Source of the DNA: an uncultured Candidatus Saccharibacteria bacterium | Lineage (GTDB): Bacteria > Patescibacteriota > Minisyncoccia > Minisyncoccales > Staskawiczbacteraceae | Assembly: GCA_964479955.1 (NCBI GenBank) | Contig: CAYZNK010000001.1 | Span: forward strand, 219,824 to 283,823 | DNA: 64,000 bases | Direction of reading: 5' to 3' | Shown here: piece after piece, positions 29,365 to 37,425 of the stretch | Layout: every line of letters starts with the position of its first letter | How positions within the stretch are numbered: the stretch's first letter is position 1 | Notes under the pieces: generated by a model | The model's database searches: none | What the model was told of the DNA's origin: nothing | The model's input: the letters and a program-made list of their open reading frames with translations, nothing else | Made by a program: the position numbers and the translations under genes

Positions 29365-29901
29365 CTATAGTCTTTCATCTATTAGATCCCATTTATTCAG
29401 ATATTTAGAAATATCCCAACCATTAAATCCTTTCCCCGGAGGAATCGCTACTGTACGAACATTGCTATCGTTATGTATTTGCCCTTTTTTGCCGAGTGCT
29501 TTCATCCACATGGAATGGGCTTCCTTAACATTTTTAGACAACTCAGAGGATGGGATAATATAGTATTCAAAATTTTGAGTCGAATCCATTATCGGGATAC
29601 CGCCTAAGATCCAAAAGAAATTATTTCCGTAATCTATCTCGGCTTTTCTGCCAACGCTGCAAGTTTTATCTCCTGGTCTAAAAGTTTTTACTTGAATGTG
29701 TACAAATTTCGTACCGCCTTTATTACTACATAAAATATCAGTATTAGGACAATTTCCCATAGTTACAACTGCTACCAAACCACGACGACATAATTCCCCT
29801 GCAATAAAAAATTGACTGGCACTTCCACGATGAGTTTTGTCTGTTTTCTCGATTGTATGTTCCTCCATGTCTTTATTTTTGTTTTTATTTTTTACCAACA
29901 A
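29365..29901 (-). CDS. PD-(D/E)xK-like nuclease-fold protein (178 aa)
   Basis: GSASQFFIAGELCRRGLVAVVTMGNCPNTDILCSNKGGTKFVHIQVKT fits an E...D...(Q/E)xK restriction-endonuclease-like core (Hjc/YraN-like topology). Confidence 0.45.
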   Translation of the reverse strand: MLVKNKNKNKDMEEHTIEKTDKTHRGSASQFFIAGELCRRGLVAVVTMGNCPNTDILCSNKGGTKFVHIQVKTFRPGDKTCSVGRKAEIDYGNNFFWILGGIPIMDSTQNFEYYIIPSSELSKNVKEAHSMWMKALGKKGQIHNDSNVRTVAIPPGKGFNGWDISKYLNKWDLIDERL

Positions 29902-30869
29902 ATGTTAACGTTTGTTTTGATTTGTTTCTTTAAATAATCTTTAACATCGTATATTCCTCCAACCTGATCGATTAAGCCGTTATCTTTTGCCATTTGACCA
30001 AGCATTGATGAACCGTCAGCCAACTCTGTTACCTTCTTTATGTCCATATGTCTATTTTCGGAAACATATTTGATAAAATTATTGTAGAGGACTTTTACAT
30101 CTCTCATAAAAAGATCTCCCTCTTCTTGAGTTAGTATTTTATCTGGATTTCCGGCATCCTTAAATTTACCTTCGCTTAATTCGTAAAATGTAAGCCCGTC
30201 AGTTGTATTTTTATCAGAGTTTCCAACATAAGACATCGTAACTCCAATACTCCCGACATCTGAATTTGCGGAAGCAATAATATATTTAGCACCGGAGGCG
30301 GCAAGATAAGCAGCTGAATTTCCTCTTTCCCTGATTAAGGCAACTGTTGGCTTTTTTAAGTGTTTTAAAGCTTCAGCAATCTCCCATCCTCCAACTGGAG
30401 AACCACCTGACGAATCGACTTGAAGCAATATAGCTTTTATTGAATTATTCTTGTTTGCTTTCTCTATCGCGGCAGTTATATCTTCCGCAGAAGCAACATC
30501 TTTGCTCGATTGACCGCTACCATCACTTGCTGCATTTTTGTATGTGTAAAGCCCGCCATAGAGTTTAATTCCTTGTACATTGCAATCACCATAAGGCAGA
30601 ACGGGTATTTTTGAATCCGTCAAAATCAATAGCTGCATTAAAAATCCTGTAAGCAAAAATGCTAATCCCAGCAAAGAAATCTTTTTATCCTTCAAAAAGC
30701 CCGCCCTCGTATAAAAATGCCTCTGATCATTACTGACCTCTTTATTCTTATCTAAATCTATTAGTAAATCATCCTCCAACGCTCGTCTTGTTTTTAAAAA
30801 TGGAAAAGCCAGTATCATCGTTCCAGTAATACTGAATAACAAACCTAAAATTTGAATAAAAAATATCAT
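29892..30869 (-). CDS. Two-TM N-terminal domain fused to an SppA/S49 serine peptidase domain
   Basis: VDSSGGSPVGG, KPTVALIRERGNSAAYLAASGAKYIIASANSDVGSIGV (S49 signature context). Two N-terminal hydrophobic helices. Confidence 0.75.
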   Translation of the reverse strand: MIFFIQILGLLFSITGTMILAFPFLKTRRALEDDLLIDLDKNKEVSNDQRHFYTRAGFLKDKKISLLGLAFLLTGFLMQLLILTDSKIPVLPYGDCNVQGIKLYGGLYTYKNAASDGSGQSSKDVASAEDITAAIEKANKNNSIKAILLQVDSSGGSPVGGWEIAEALKHLKKPTVALIRERGNSAAYLAASGAKYIIASANSDVGSIGVTMSYVGNSDKNTTDGLTFYELSEGKFKDAGNPDKILTQEEGDLFMRDVKVLYNNFIKYVSENRHMDIKKVTELADGSSMLGQMAKDNGLIDQVGGIYDVKDYLKKQIKTNVNICW

Positions 30870-30872
30870 ATT

Positions 30873-31184
30873 TTAATATTTAAAATCCTCTTCCTCAAAT
30901 TTATCTCTTATTATTTGTTTTCTGAGTCTTAAAACTTCGAATTCTCTTTTGAGTTGATTGTTTTTATCTCTTTCCATCATAAGCATACCCTCCAATGCTT
31001 CCGTGGAATATTTCACGTCCTCACGGACTTCCTCGGTAATATCCTTCAGCTTAAAAAATAGTTTTTCTACTTTAATTTTAGCAGCCAAAAGTTCAATTTC
31101 TTCATCAGACTTTTTAATTTCAGCTTCCTTTTCTTTTAGCCGACTAATTGTATCGTCCAATAGTTGTTGTTTAATGTTTTCCAT
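30873..31184 (-). CDS. Small coiled-coil protein (103 aa)
   Basis: Highly charged heptad-like sequence. 3-nt and 5-nt gaps to its neighbours. Confidence 0.45.
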   Translation of the reverse strand: MENIKQQLLDDTISRLKEKEAEIKKSDEEIELLAAKIKVEKLFFKLKDITEEVREDVKYSTEALEGMLMMERDKNNQLKREFEVLRLRKQIIRDKFEEEDFKY

Positions 31185-31189
31185 ATTTT

Positions 31190-32272
31190 TTAATACTTTT
31201 CTAAAATTTTTATATAATTTGTTAACCTGTTCAAAAGTTCATCGTACGTAACAAAATTTATATTATTTAAGGAAAGGCACAAGAGTCGGAAGTCATCCCT
31301 CTCTTTTTGAGAATTAAGATTATTTGATCGACCAGCAAGAATTATTCCCCGAGGCCGCAAAACTTTTAAATTAATTTTAAATTTATCAAGTATATAGCCC
31401 CTCACAGCTGGTCCATTGTTGGTAATGTTTTCGATATAGTTCTCTACTTGAATTATGGCCCTTGAAATTTCTGAATCCCAAAAAAAGTTACCTCTTCCAG
31501 CATCCTCCTTAAGTAGCGGCGTAGTAGGTTTTTTAATCTCTAAAATATCGAGATAATTATCATGTGTAACTATGGAAAAATCAGGAAATTTTGTATTGCC
31601 AATACCAATGTTCATTTTTTCTATTGCGGATATATATCCCTGCTGAATTAAAAGTATGTTTTTCTTTATATATTTTTGCCAATACGTTTCTCCATACGTT
31701 CCTCCAATAGCCTTTTCTAAATCAGAAGATAATTCCTTTAATGATTTTATTTGCGCTTTGGCTTTTAAAAAATTTACAGCGCTCAGAGATTCCGAAGCGA
31801 TAAATTCGGGCAGAAACTTGTTTATTGAATCTCTATCTTCTGGTGAAAGTCGTGGTAAAATTTTCTGACCTAACAGATTGGAAATTGTGCCGGGTACGTA
31901 AACTGGAGTTTCTTCTTTTTCGAAAAAAGAAGGATAAACAAGCGCAAAATAATTTAAAATTATGTCGTTTTTTATATCTCTTGTTCTTTCCCAAAGCTCC
32001 CCATTAATCATTTTAAGCGTCTTTTGAGAAGTCCTTATGCGATGTATATTCCTTTCTAGTATTATAGAATCTGTTTCTTCAGTTATTATCCATTGAAACT
32101 TTTTGAATTTTCTTTTTAAAACTTCTAATATATGCTTACCGAAATTTATTCTTCCGTCCGTAGAAAGGCCTTTTGGCCTTTTGCCCTCATAATAAATCTT
32201 CGTGCCTTTCAGCGCATCACCATAACTCCTATTTTTTACAATTACATATTTCTTTTTTGCTATTCTCGCCAT
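31190..32272 (-). CDS. Shedu-like (DUF4263-type) PD-(D/E)xK nuclease
   Basis: C-terminal FPDFSIVTHDNYLDILEIKKP (D...ExK), SRAIIQVENY, RGIILAGRS and NINFVTYDELLNRL match the DUF4263/SduA pattern as I recall it. Confidence 0.6.
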   Translation of the reverse strand: MARIAKKKYVIVKNRSYGDALKGTKIYYEGKRPKGLSTDGRINFGKHILEVLKRKFKKFQWIITEETDSIILERNIHRIRTSQKTLKMINGELWERTRDIKNDIILNYFALVYPSFFEKEETPVYVPGTISNLLGQKILPRLSPEDRDSINKFLPEFIASESLSAVNFLKAKAQIKSLKELSSDLEKAIGGTYGETYWQKYIKKNILLIQQGYISAIEKMNIGIGNTKFPDFSIVTHDNYLDILEIKKPTTPLLKEDAGRGNFFWDSEISRAIIQVENYIENITNNGPAVRGYILDKFKINLKVLRPRGIILAGRSNNLNSQKERDDFRLLCLSLNNINFVTYDELLNRLTNYIKILEKY

Positions 32273-32283
32273 AATTTTTACTA

Positions 32284-32460
32284 CTAAAATTTTTCAACCT
32301 CTTTTTCAGCATTAGAACAGGCCGGGTAATTCCGACAAACAAGATTTTCAGTTGCTTTTTTTGCCGGCTCTCCTTCTCTTTTTAATCGTGCATATTGAGA
32401 AGGTTTCAGCGGCTCTCCGCATGTTTCACATTTTTCAATATCTTTATCTAAGGTTGCCAT
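32284..32460 (-). CDS. Zinc-ribbon mini-protein (58 aa; absent from the supplied ORF track, presumably because it is under 60 aa)
   Basis: Hand translation: MATLDKDIEKCETCGEPLKPSQYARLKREGEPAKKATENLVCRNYPACSNAEKEVEKF. Cys pairs CxxC and C-x5-C. Begins 1 nt after the methyltransferase stop. Confidence 0.45.
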   Translation of the reverse strand: MATLDKDIEKCETCGEPLKPSQYARLKREGEPAKKATENLVCRNYPACSNAEKEVEKF

Positions 32461-32461
32461 T

Positions 32462-34405
32462 TTATCTTTCGATTAATTTTTTTGTAGAATTTTCTACGAT
32501 TTCCACTTCTTTATCTGTAAGTCCATACAATTTATAAACTATTTGATCTATTTCATTCTCATACTCTTTAACTTTTTCCTGCTTTACAGGATTGTCCAAG
32601 TAATCTTGCGTTTTCGTAATCGCTAAAATTTTATCAACAAGTTCAATAAATGGTTTTTGTTTTGCTTCTGAAGCTTCTTTGATTGGTAATTTTTTAATAT
32701 GAGCTGGATAAATATCCAAACCAAAACTAAAAAACTTTTGGAATAACCACTTAAAAAGATTCGAGTTTATAAGTGATAATAAAAATAATAGATCATATTG
32801 CTTAGATAACTTGATTCTACCACCATTAATAATACTTTTAAGCTGGCTATACTTGTCTAGTGGAAGTGAGTAATATGGGATGATTACATACACTGTATTA
32901 TCGGCGTAAAGATTATCCTGATCGTAAAGAAAAGACAACCCATCCCTTCCAATTATTCTCTTGCCAATCAATTTGTGATTTTCAAACAACTCCTGATATC
33001 TTGGCTCCCTATGGACATCTGGCGTGAATTTCAAAAATAATGTTTTATTTACTCGCCATCTTGAAATATATTTTCCTTCTATGTATGGTTTTAAATTATT
33101 TGCCTTCTGTTTATAGATAAATTCATCTTTTTTAACGCCCTTTTCAGCGTTATGAAGAACCGCTCCATATATAACAAAGCATATCTCTGAAAGATTTATT
33201 GTGTCTTTATAAATTTTTCTTTGTAGATCTGATTCTTTTTTCCCGATATCCAATCTAAAATTCATATCCGGCAATTCCTTAAAAAAATTTTGCTTGATCG
33301 TTGAATACCTGCTCTCAGTATTTATAATCATCCCTAGTTCAGAATTATCGCCGTTTTTTAAATCTGAGTCATACAGATTTAGTAACTTCACTTCGTCATT
33401 GGACGTATTCTCGTTATTATCAACGATAGTTATTGCTGTATCTACGGTTGCTTCAAAAACCTTTAAATTAAAATTGATAATTCTTAGTAAATGTTTATGT
33501 AGTAAAATTTCTCTTATTTTAGATCCATATTTTTGGGAAAAATATTTATTGCTAGTAATAAAGCAAAGATTACCGCCCTTCTTTAGCAATTGCAGAGCTT
33601 TTTCGATAAAAATAATATAAATATCGTAATGAGCAGTTGGTGAGTGAAATTCTTTTTCATAAAAGGGTTTTAACTCTCCGGTCATGTTTTTTGATGACAA
33701 ATAAGGCGGATTCGCGATCACAATTCCGAACCCTTCTTTTATTCCAAACATCCATTCAGGATCAAACCAAGTTGATGCCTTGTGACCGAACGGATCCCAT
33801 GTCATCAAACTTCCTGTCAAATTTGCCATTCCTCCTCTCTTTTTTTCTATAACCTTCTCAAACATCCTTTTTTGCGCCTGGACAAACTGCAATTTTAATT
33901 TCTCTCTTTCTACTCCTGAAGCATTAAAAAACATCTCACGAAGTTCTTTAAGTTCACCTATTCCACTCTCGTCTTCAAATAAACCCTGCTGATTACTCGT
34001 CGACGGCTTTGGGAGACCAATTAAGCTATTTGCGGTTACAAATTTAAAGTCCAGATTTGGGAGTGGCTCTATCCCTCTGTTTTCCAAGTCATCATGGACG
34101 CTTTCATCAACGATTAAAGTTAAAAAACACCTCAACCTTGATATTTCTGTTGCGATTGGTTGAATGTCAACGCCATAAATATTTTTTCTTACAACTCCCA
34201 ATTTGCGAATATAATCAAAATTCTCGTTCTCGAATTCTCTTTTAATCACCCTTTTCATCTCAGGAGAAACGTTTTGGATTTGCTTTTGAAACCAAATCCT
34301 TCCATCAGCATCCACTTGCTGTAAAATGAAAACTATTTTCTGCAGCGCTCCAATTGGAAAAGCGCCCGAACCGCAGGCTGGGTCCAATATCTTCACACTC
34401 TCCAA
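32462..34405 (-). CDS. Eco57I/TaqI-like gamma-class N6-adenine DNA methyltransferase with a TaqI-like C-terminal specificity domain; N-terminally short (starts at motif I, TTG start only)
   Basis: Motif I ILDPACGSGAF, NIYGVDIQPIATEISRLRCFL, LPNLDFKFVTANSL, and motif IV FGIVIANPPYL. Confidence 0.85.
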   Translation of the reverse strand: MESVKILDPACGSGAFPIGALQKIVFILQQVDADGRIWFQKQIQNVSPEMKRVIKREFENENFDYIRKLGVVRKNIYGVDIQPIATEISRLRCFLTLIVDESVHDDLENRGIEPLPNLDFKFVTANSLIGLPKPSTSNQQGLFEDESGIGELKELREMFFNASGVEREKLKLQFVQAQKRMFEKVIEKKRGGMANLTGSLMTWDPFGHKASTWFDPEWMFGIKEGFGIVIANPPYLSSKNMTGELKPFYEKEFHSPTAHYDIYIIFIEKALQLLKKGGNLCFITSNKYFSQKYGSKIREILLHKHLLRIINFNLKVFEATVDTAITIVDNNENTSNDEVKLLNLYDSDLKNGDNSELGMIINTESRYSTIKQNFFKELPDMNFRLDIGKKESDLQRKIYKDTINLSEICFVIYGAVLHNAEKGVKKDEFIYKQKANNLKPYIEGKYISRWRVNKTLFLKFTPDVHREPRYQELFENHKLIGKRIIGRDGLSFLYDQDNLYADNTVYVIIPYYSLPLDKYSQLKSIINGGRIKLSKQYDLLFLLSLINSNLFKWLFQKFFSFGLDIYPAHIKKLPIKEASEAKQKPFIELVDKILAITKTQDYLDNPVKQEKVKEYENEIDQIVYKLYGLTDKEVEIVENSTKKLIER

Positions 34406-34797
34406 TGCATCGATAATTTTATTTTTGTATCTTCACTATAAGTATCTAGTTTTTTTTGCAGGGTTATAAATTCCTTTTCAATTTTAACAGGATCAATCGG
34501 TGTAATTTTTGCTTTTGTAATTAAAACAGCCACGGGATTAATATCCACGGCTATTGACGGTCGGCCCATTAATTTTGACTCGACAATTGTTGTTCCGCAG
34601 CCTCCGAACGGGTCAACTATAAAATCTCCCTCTCTCGTATATTTTTCGGCTAATCGAGAAACAATTTGAGGTATAAATTTCGCGGGATAGCGATGATATC
34701 CATGGGTAACATAGGCGGTGTCCTTTCTGGTTTTTTCGGAGAATGACCACGTCTGGTCGACTTTTGTGTTTGCAAATAATGTTTTTGTTGGGCTCAT
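34393..34797 (-). CDS. N-terminal fragment of a second DNA methyltransferase (motif X-like plus motif I only)
   Basis: HGYHRYPAKFIPQIV...DFIVDPFGGCGTTIVESKLMGRPSIAVDINPVAVLITKAK. No (D/N/S)PPY motif before the stop. 13-nt out-of-frame overlap with the next methyltransferase ORF. Confidence 0.55.
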   Translation of the reverse strand: MSPTKTLFANTKVDQTWSFSEKTRKDTAYVTHGYHRYPAKFIPQIVSRLAEKYTREGDFIVDPFGGCGTTIVESKLMGRPSIAVDINPVAVLITKAKITPIDPVKIEKEFITLQKKLDTYSEDTKIKLSMHWRV

Positions 34798-34855
34798 AAC
34801 TTTATTAACTTATTTTGCCTTTTTTTGGATAAAAATGCAACCTTATTTATATCTA

Positions 34856-34884
34856 TTGACTTTGGTAAACACGGGTGCTACACT
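34856..34884 (+). promoter_or_regulatory. Putative sigma-70 promoter of lexA (TTGACT-17-TACACT); would give a leaderless or near-leaderless mRNA
   Basis: The -10 element ends 9 nt before the ATG at 34894. No SD sequence is visible. Confidence 0.4.
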
Positions 34885-34893
34885 TAATATAAC

Positions 34894-35532
34894 ATGGAAA
34901 ACAAAAACAACCAACAAGAGTTATCCACAAACGAAAGGAAGGCGTTGCGCATTATACGCAATTGGTTTTTGCATAAAGGCAGAAACCCTTCTATTAGAGA
35001 ATTGACCAAAGAAATGGGTTTTGGCTCAACCAGGTCTTCTCTTTTATTGGTTAACAGGCTTATAGACAAAAAGATTCTTCTCCGAAAAGATGACGGGGGT
35101 TTAAGAATTTTAAGTAATTTTGGAGAGCACAGGTTTGCTGCCAAAACTGTTGATGTGCCTTTAGTCGGAGTCGTTTCTTGTGGCGCACCCATTTTTGCAG
35201 AAGAGAACATAGAAGCCCTTTATCCGGTTTCGACGACATTGGCTCACCCCGGCTCTCGTTATTTCCTTCTTCGTGCCACAGGAGACTCAATGAATAAAGC
35301 TGGAATAAATGATGGCGATTTAGTGCTGGTAAGGCAACAAGCCACGGCCGATGCGGGCCAGAAGGTAGTTGCGCTGATTGACGACGAAGCCACAGTAAAA
35401 ATTATTCGCCTTACTCCCGACGCTGTAATATTGGAGCCAAGATCAAGCAATAAAAACCACAAACCAATTATCCTTTCCAGAGATTTTCAAATTCAGGGAG
35501 TTGTAATCGCAACTGTCCCGATTAAACATTAA
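34894..35532 (+). CDS. lexA: LexA-family repressor (wHTH plus S24 autopeptidase)
   Basis: N-terminal LexA DNA-binding-like PSIRELTKEMGFGSTRSSLLLVNRLIDKKIL. Cleavage-site region VVSCGAP (Cys-Gly, as in UmuD). Catalytic GDSM and the Lys in EATVKII. Confidence 0.85.
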   Translation: MENKNNQQELSTNERKALRIIRNWFLHKGRNPSIRELTKEMGFGSTRSSLLLVNRLIDKKILLRKDDGGLRILSNFGEHRFAAKTVDVPLVGVVSCGAPIFAEENIEALYPVSTTLAHPGSRYFLLRATGDSMNKAGINDGDLVLVRQQATADAGQKVVALIDDEATVKIIRLTPDAVILEPRSSNKNHKPIILSRDFQIQGVVIATVPIKH

Positions 35533-35602
35533 TTAGGCAAATAAAATTACTATAATTATATCATTTAAATCAAGGAATTGAGCTGGGCATTTCCAAGTTT
35601 GA

Positions 35603-35845
35603 ATGAAAATTACAATGAAAAGAGATATCCATGTAGTTCCTTACAATGGAGATTGGGCTGTTAAAAAAGAAGGCGTAAAGCAGCCGGTGTCAGTGCATCA
35701 CAAAAAAGCCAATGCCGAAGTTAAAGCTATCCAACTTGGCAAACAAACTAAAGTCGAAGTCGTTTATCATGGCAAAGACGGCAAGATTCAGGATTCTGAT
35801 AGTTATGGCAAGGATCCGCATCCGCCAAAAGATAAAAAGTTTTAA
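35603..35845 (+). CDS. DUF2188-family small protein
   Basis: HVVPYNGDWAVKKEG...HGKDGKIQDSDSYGKDPHPPKDKK matches the DUF2188 pattern. Confidence 0.6.
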   Translation: MKITMKRDIHVVPYNGDWAVKKEGVKQPVSVHHKKANAEVKAIQLGKQTKVEVVYHGKDGKIQDSDSYGKDPHPPKDKKF

Positions 35846-35847
35846 TT

Positions 35848-37389
35848 ATGAGGATTAAAGATTTCTTTAGAAAGATATTTTTTTATTTTTCAAAGCTGAT
35901 AAGAAGAAATAAATTCCCAGTTCTTGATAAATACACAAAAGAATATATCACTTATTTTAATCACCTTTTTGCTAGAGCATCTAACGCTAATGGTTTTGAT
36001 TTTCTTTGTACTATTCTGAGGGTAGAGGGTATAACAAGCGGTCATTGGGATGCTTTTGTAGAGGCCGAAGAAGCACTAATGGATTTTAGCAAAGTCCTTA
36101 GGAAAATTTCCAGGAAAAAACATTCAAAAAGAGCTTTAAGGCTAGCGTTATTTTTATATTGTCATTCCACAGAAATGTCAGCTCCGTATGAAATTATTGC
36201 CAACCTGTTAAGTTGTTGTCAGAGTAAGTCCTACAGGATGTATCCCTTTAGTGAATTGGTCAAAGTAATACAGAAAGAAGGGACGTTTCCTGAAAGGAAA
36301 TTACCAAGCCCGGTTAAAAAAGTTAAATATATCAAGCAACTTGCTGATAATTGTGGCGAGTCAAGGATTGTGGAAATTATTGAGAGTTTTTTCCATCCGG
36401 AATTGAGAAACGCTTTTTATCATTCAGATTATGCAATATCGGAAGATGAATTCAGAATTATACAAGGTAGGAAAATAGGCGATGAAGTAATCTCGTTAGA
36501 AAAATTATCTGAAATTCTAACTAAATGCTTTGCATTTTATTCAGCGTTTTTTATTGCTTACAACAGAACGAAAAAGGACTTAGCTCTTGAAAAAAAATTC
36601 CACCGTTGGCCAAATTATGAAGTTTTGGAAATTTTGTCTGATAAGGATGGTTTAACGGGATTCAAAGTCCATTTCCCAAATAATACCAGCGCTTTTTTTG
36701 AAAGGAAAAAATATAAAGGCACTATGGGGATGAATCTAGGTCCAGAGAATGAAGGAATTAGTTTATTTATAGGAGACATAGAATCTTATAAAAAAGCAGA
36801 AGACTGGTTTGTAAATGGGAAACCGTTTGATGAATTTGGGACTAGATATAATAAATATGGATATTGGAAACCCATTATATTTAGAGGCAATAGCGACAGA
36901 ATCCAAAGTAAGGCAGTCGATATGACAGAGGATAAAATTGTTCAAGGATGCCTTTTTTATATTTTTTCAACTGGACACAAATCCATTGAGTTTACAATTA
37001 AAAGTAAAGAAAAATTATTTGGAAGAGATGAATATTCAAGACCTCTATTTGGGAAAAACAAAAATTTCGTTATCAAAAATTTAGGTATAAATAGTAATGG
37101 GATTTACTTGTATGACGGCTCTGTTTATTTAGATTTAGTCGATGTTAAATCTGTTAAAGGTGGGATCAAAAAAATAAATAGTTGCATTGATAACTTCAAA
37201 AAAATTGATCCACATCTTGTGAGTTGTCTTAAATACCAACTTTATCACTCTGCTGCACCTCAAAAGAATAGCAATGGAACTTTTTCTATTGTGCTCAGTA
37301 TGGATAGCCCTCGAGGAACCCTTGTTGCCTCCGATTTAGCAATATTTCCGAAACAAGATTGGAAGATAAAAGAAGAATGGATTTATTAA
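35848..37389 (+). CDS. Hypothetical 513-aa protein: all-alpha N-terminal half with an RNxxxH (HEPN-like) motif, and an unknown beta-rich C-terminal half
   Basis: ELRNAFYHSDY at residues 185-195 (motif nt 36406-36423) fits the HEPN Rx4-6H signature. 2-nt gap after the DUF2188 gene. Confidence 0.45.
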   Translation: MRIKDFFRKIFFYFSKLIRRNKFPVLDKYTKEYITYFNHLFARASNANGFDFLCTILRVEGITSGHWDAFVEAEEALMDFSKVLRKISRKKHSKRALRLALFLYCHSTEMSAPYEIIANLLSCCQSKSYRMYPFSELVKVIQKEGTFPERKLPSPVKKVKYIKQLADNCGESRIVEIIESFFHPELRNAFYHSDYAISEDEFRIIQGRKIGDEVISLEKLSEILTKCFAFYSAFFIAYNRTKKDLALEKKFHRWPNYEVLEILSDKDGLTGFKVHFPNNTSAFFERKKYKGTMGMNLGPENEGISLFIGDIESYKKAEDWFVNGKPFDEFGTRYNKYGYWKPIIFRGNSDRIQSKAVDMTEDKIVQGCLFYIFSTGHKSIEFTIKSKEKLFGRDEYSRPLFGKNKNFVIKNLGINSNGIYLYDGSVYLDLVDVKSVKGGIKKINSCIDNFKKIDPHLVSCLKYQLYHSAAPQKNSNGTFSIVLSMDSPRGTLVASDLAIFPKQDWKIKEEWIY

Positions 37390-37425
37390 AATTGTTTAAT
37401 TCTTGATTGGGCTTAAAACAAATTT

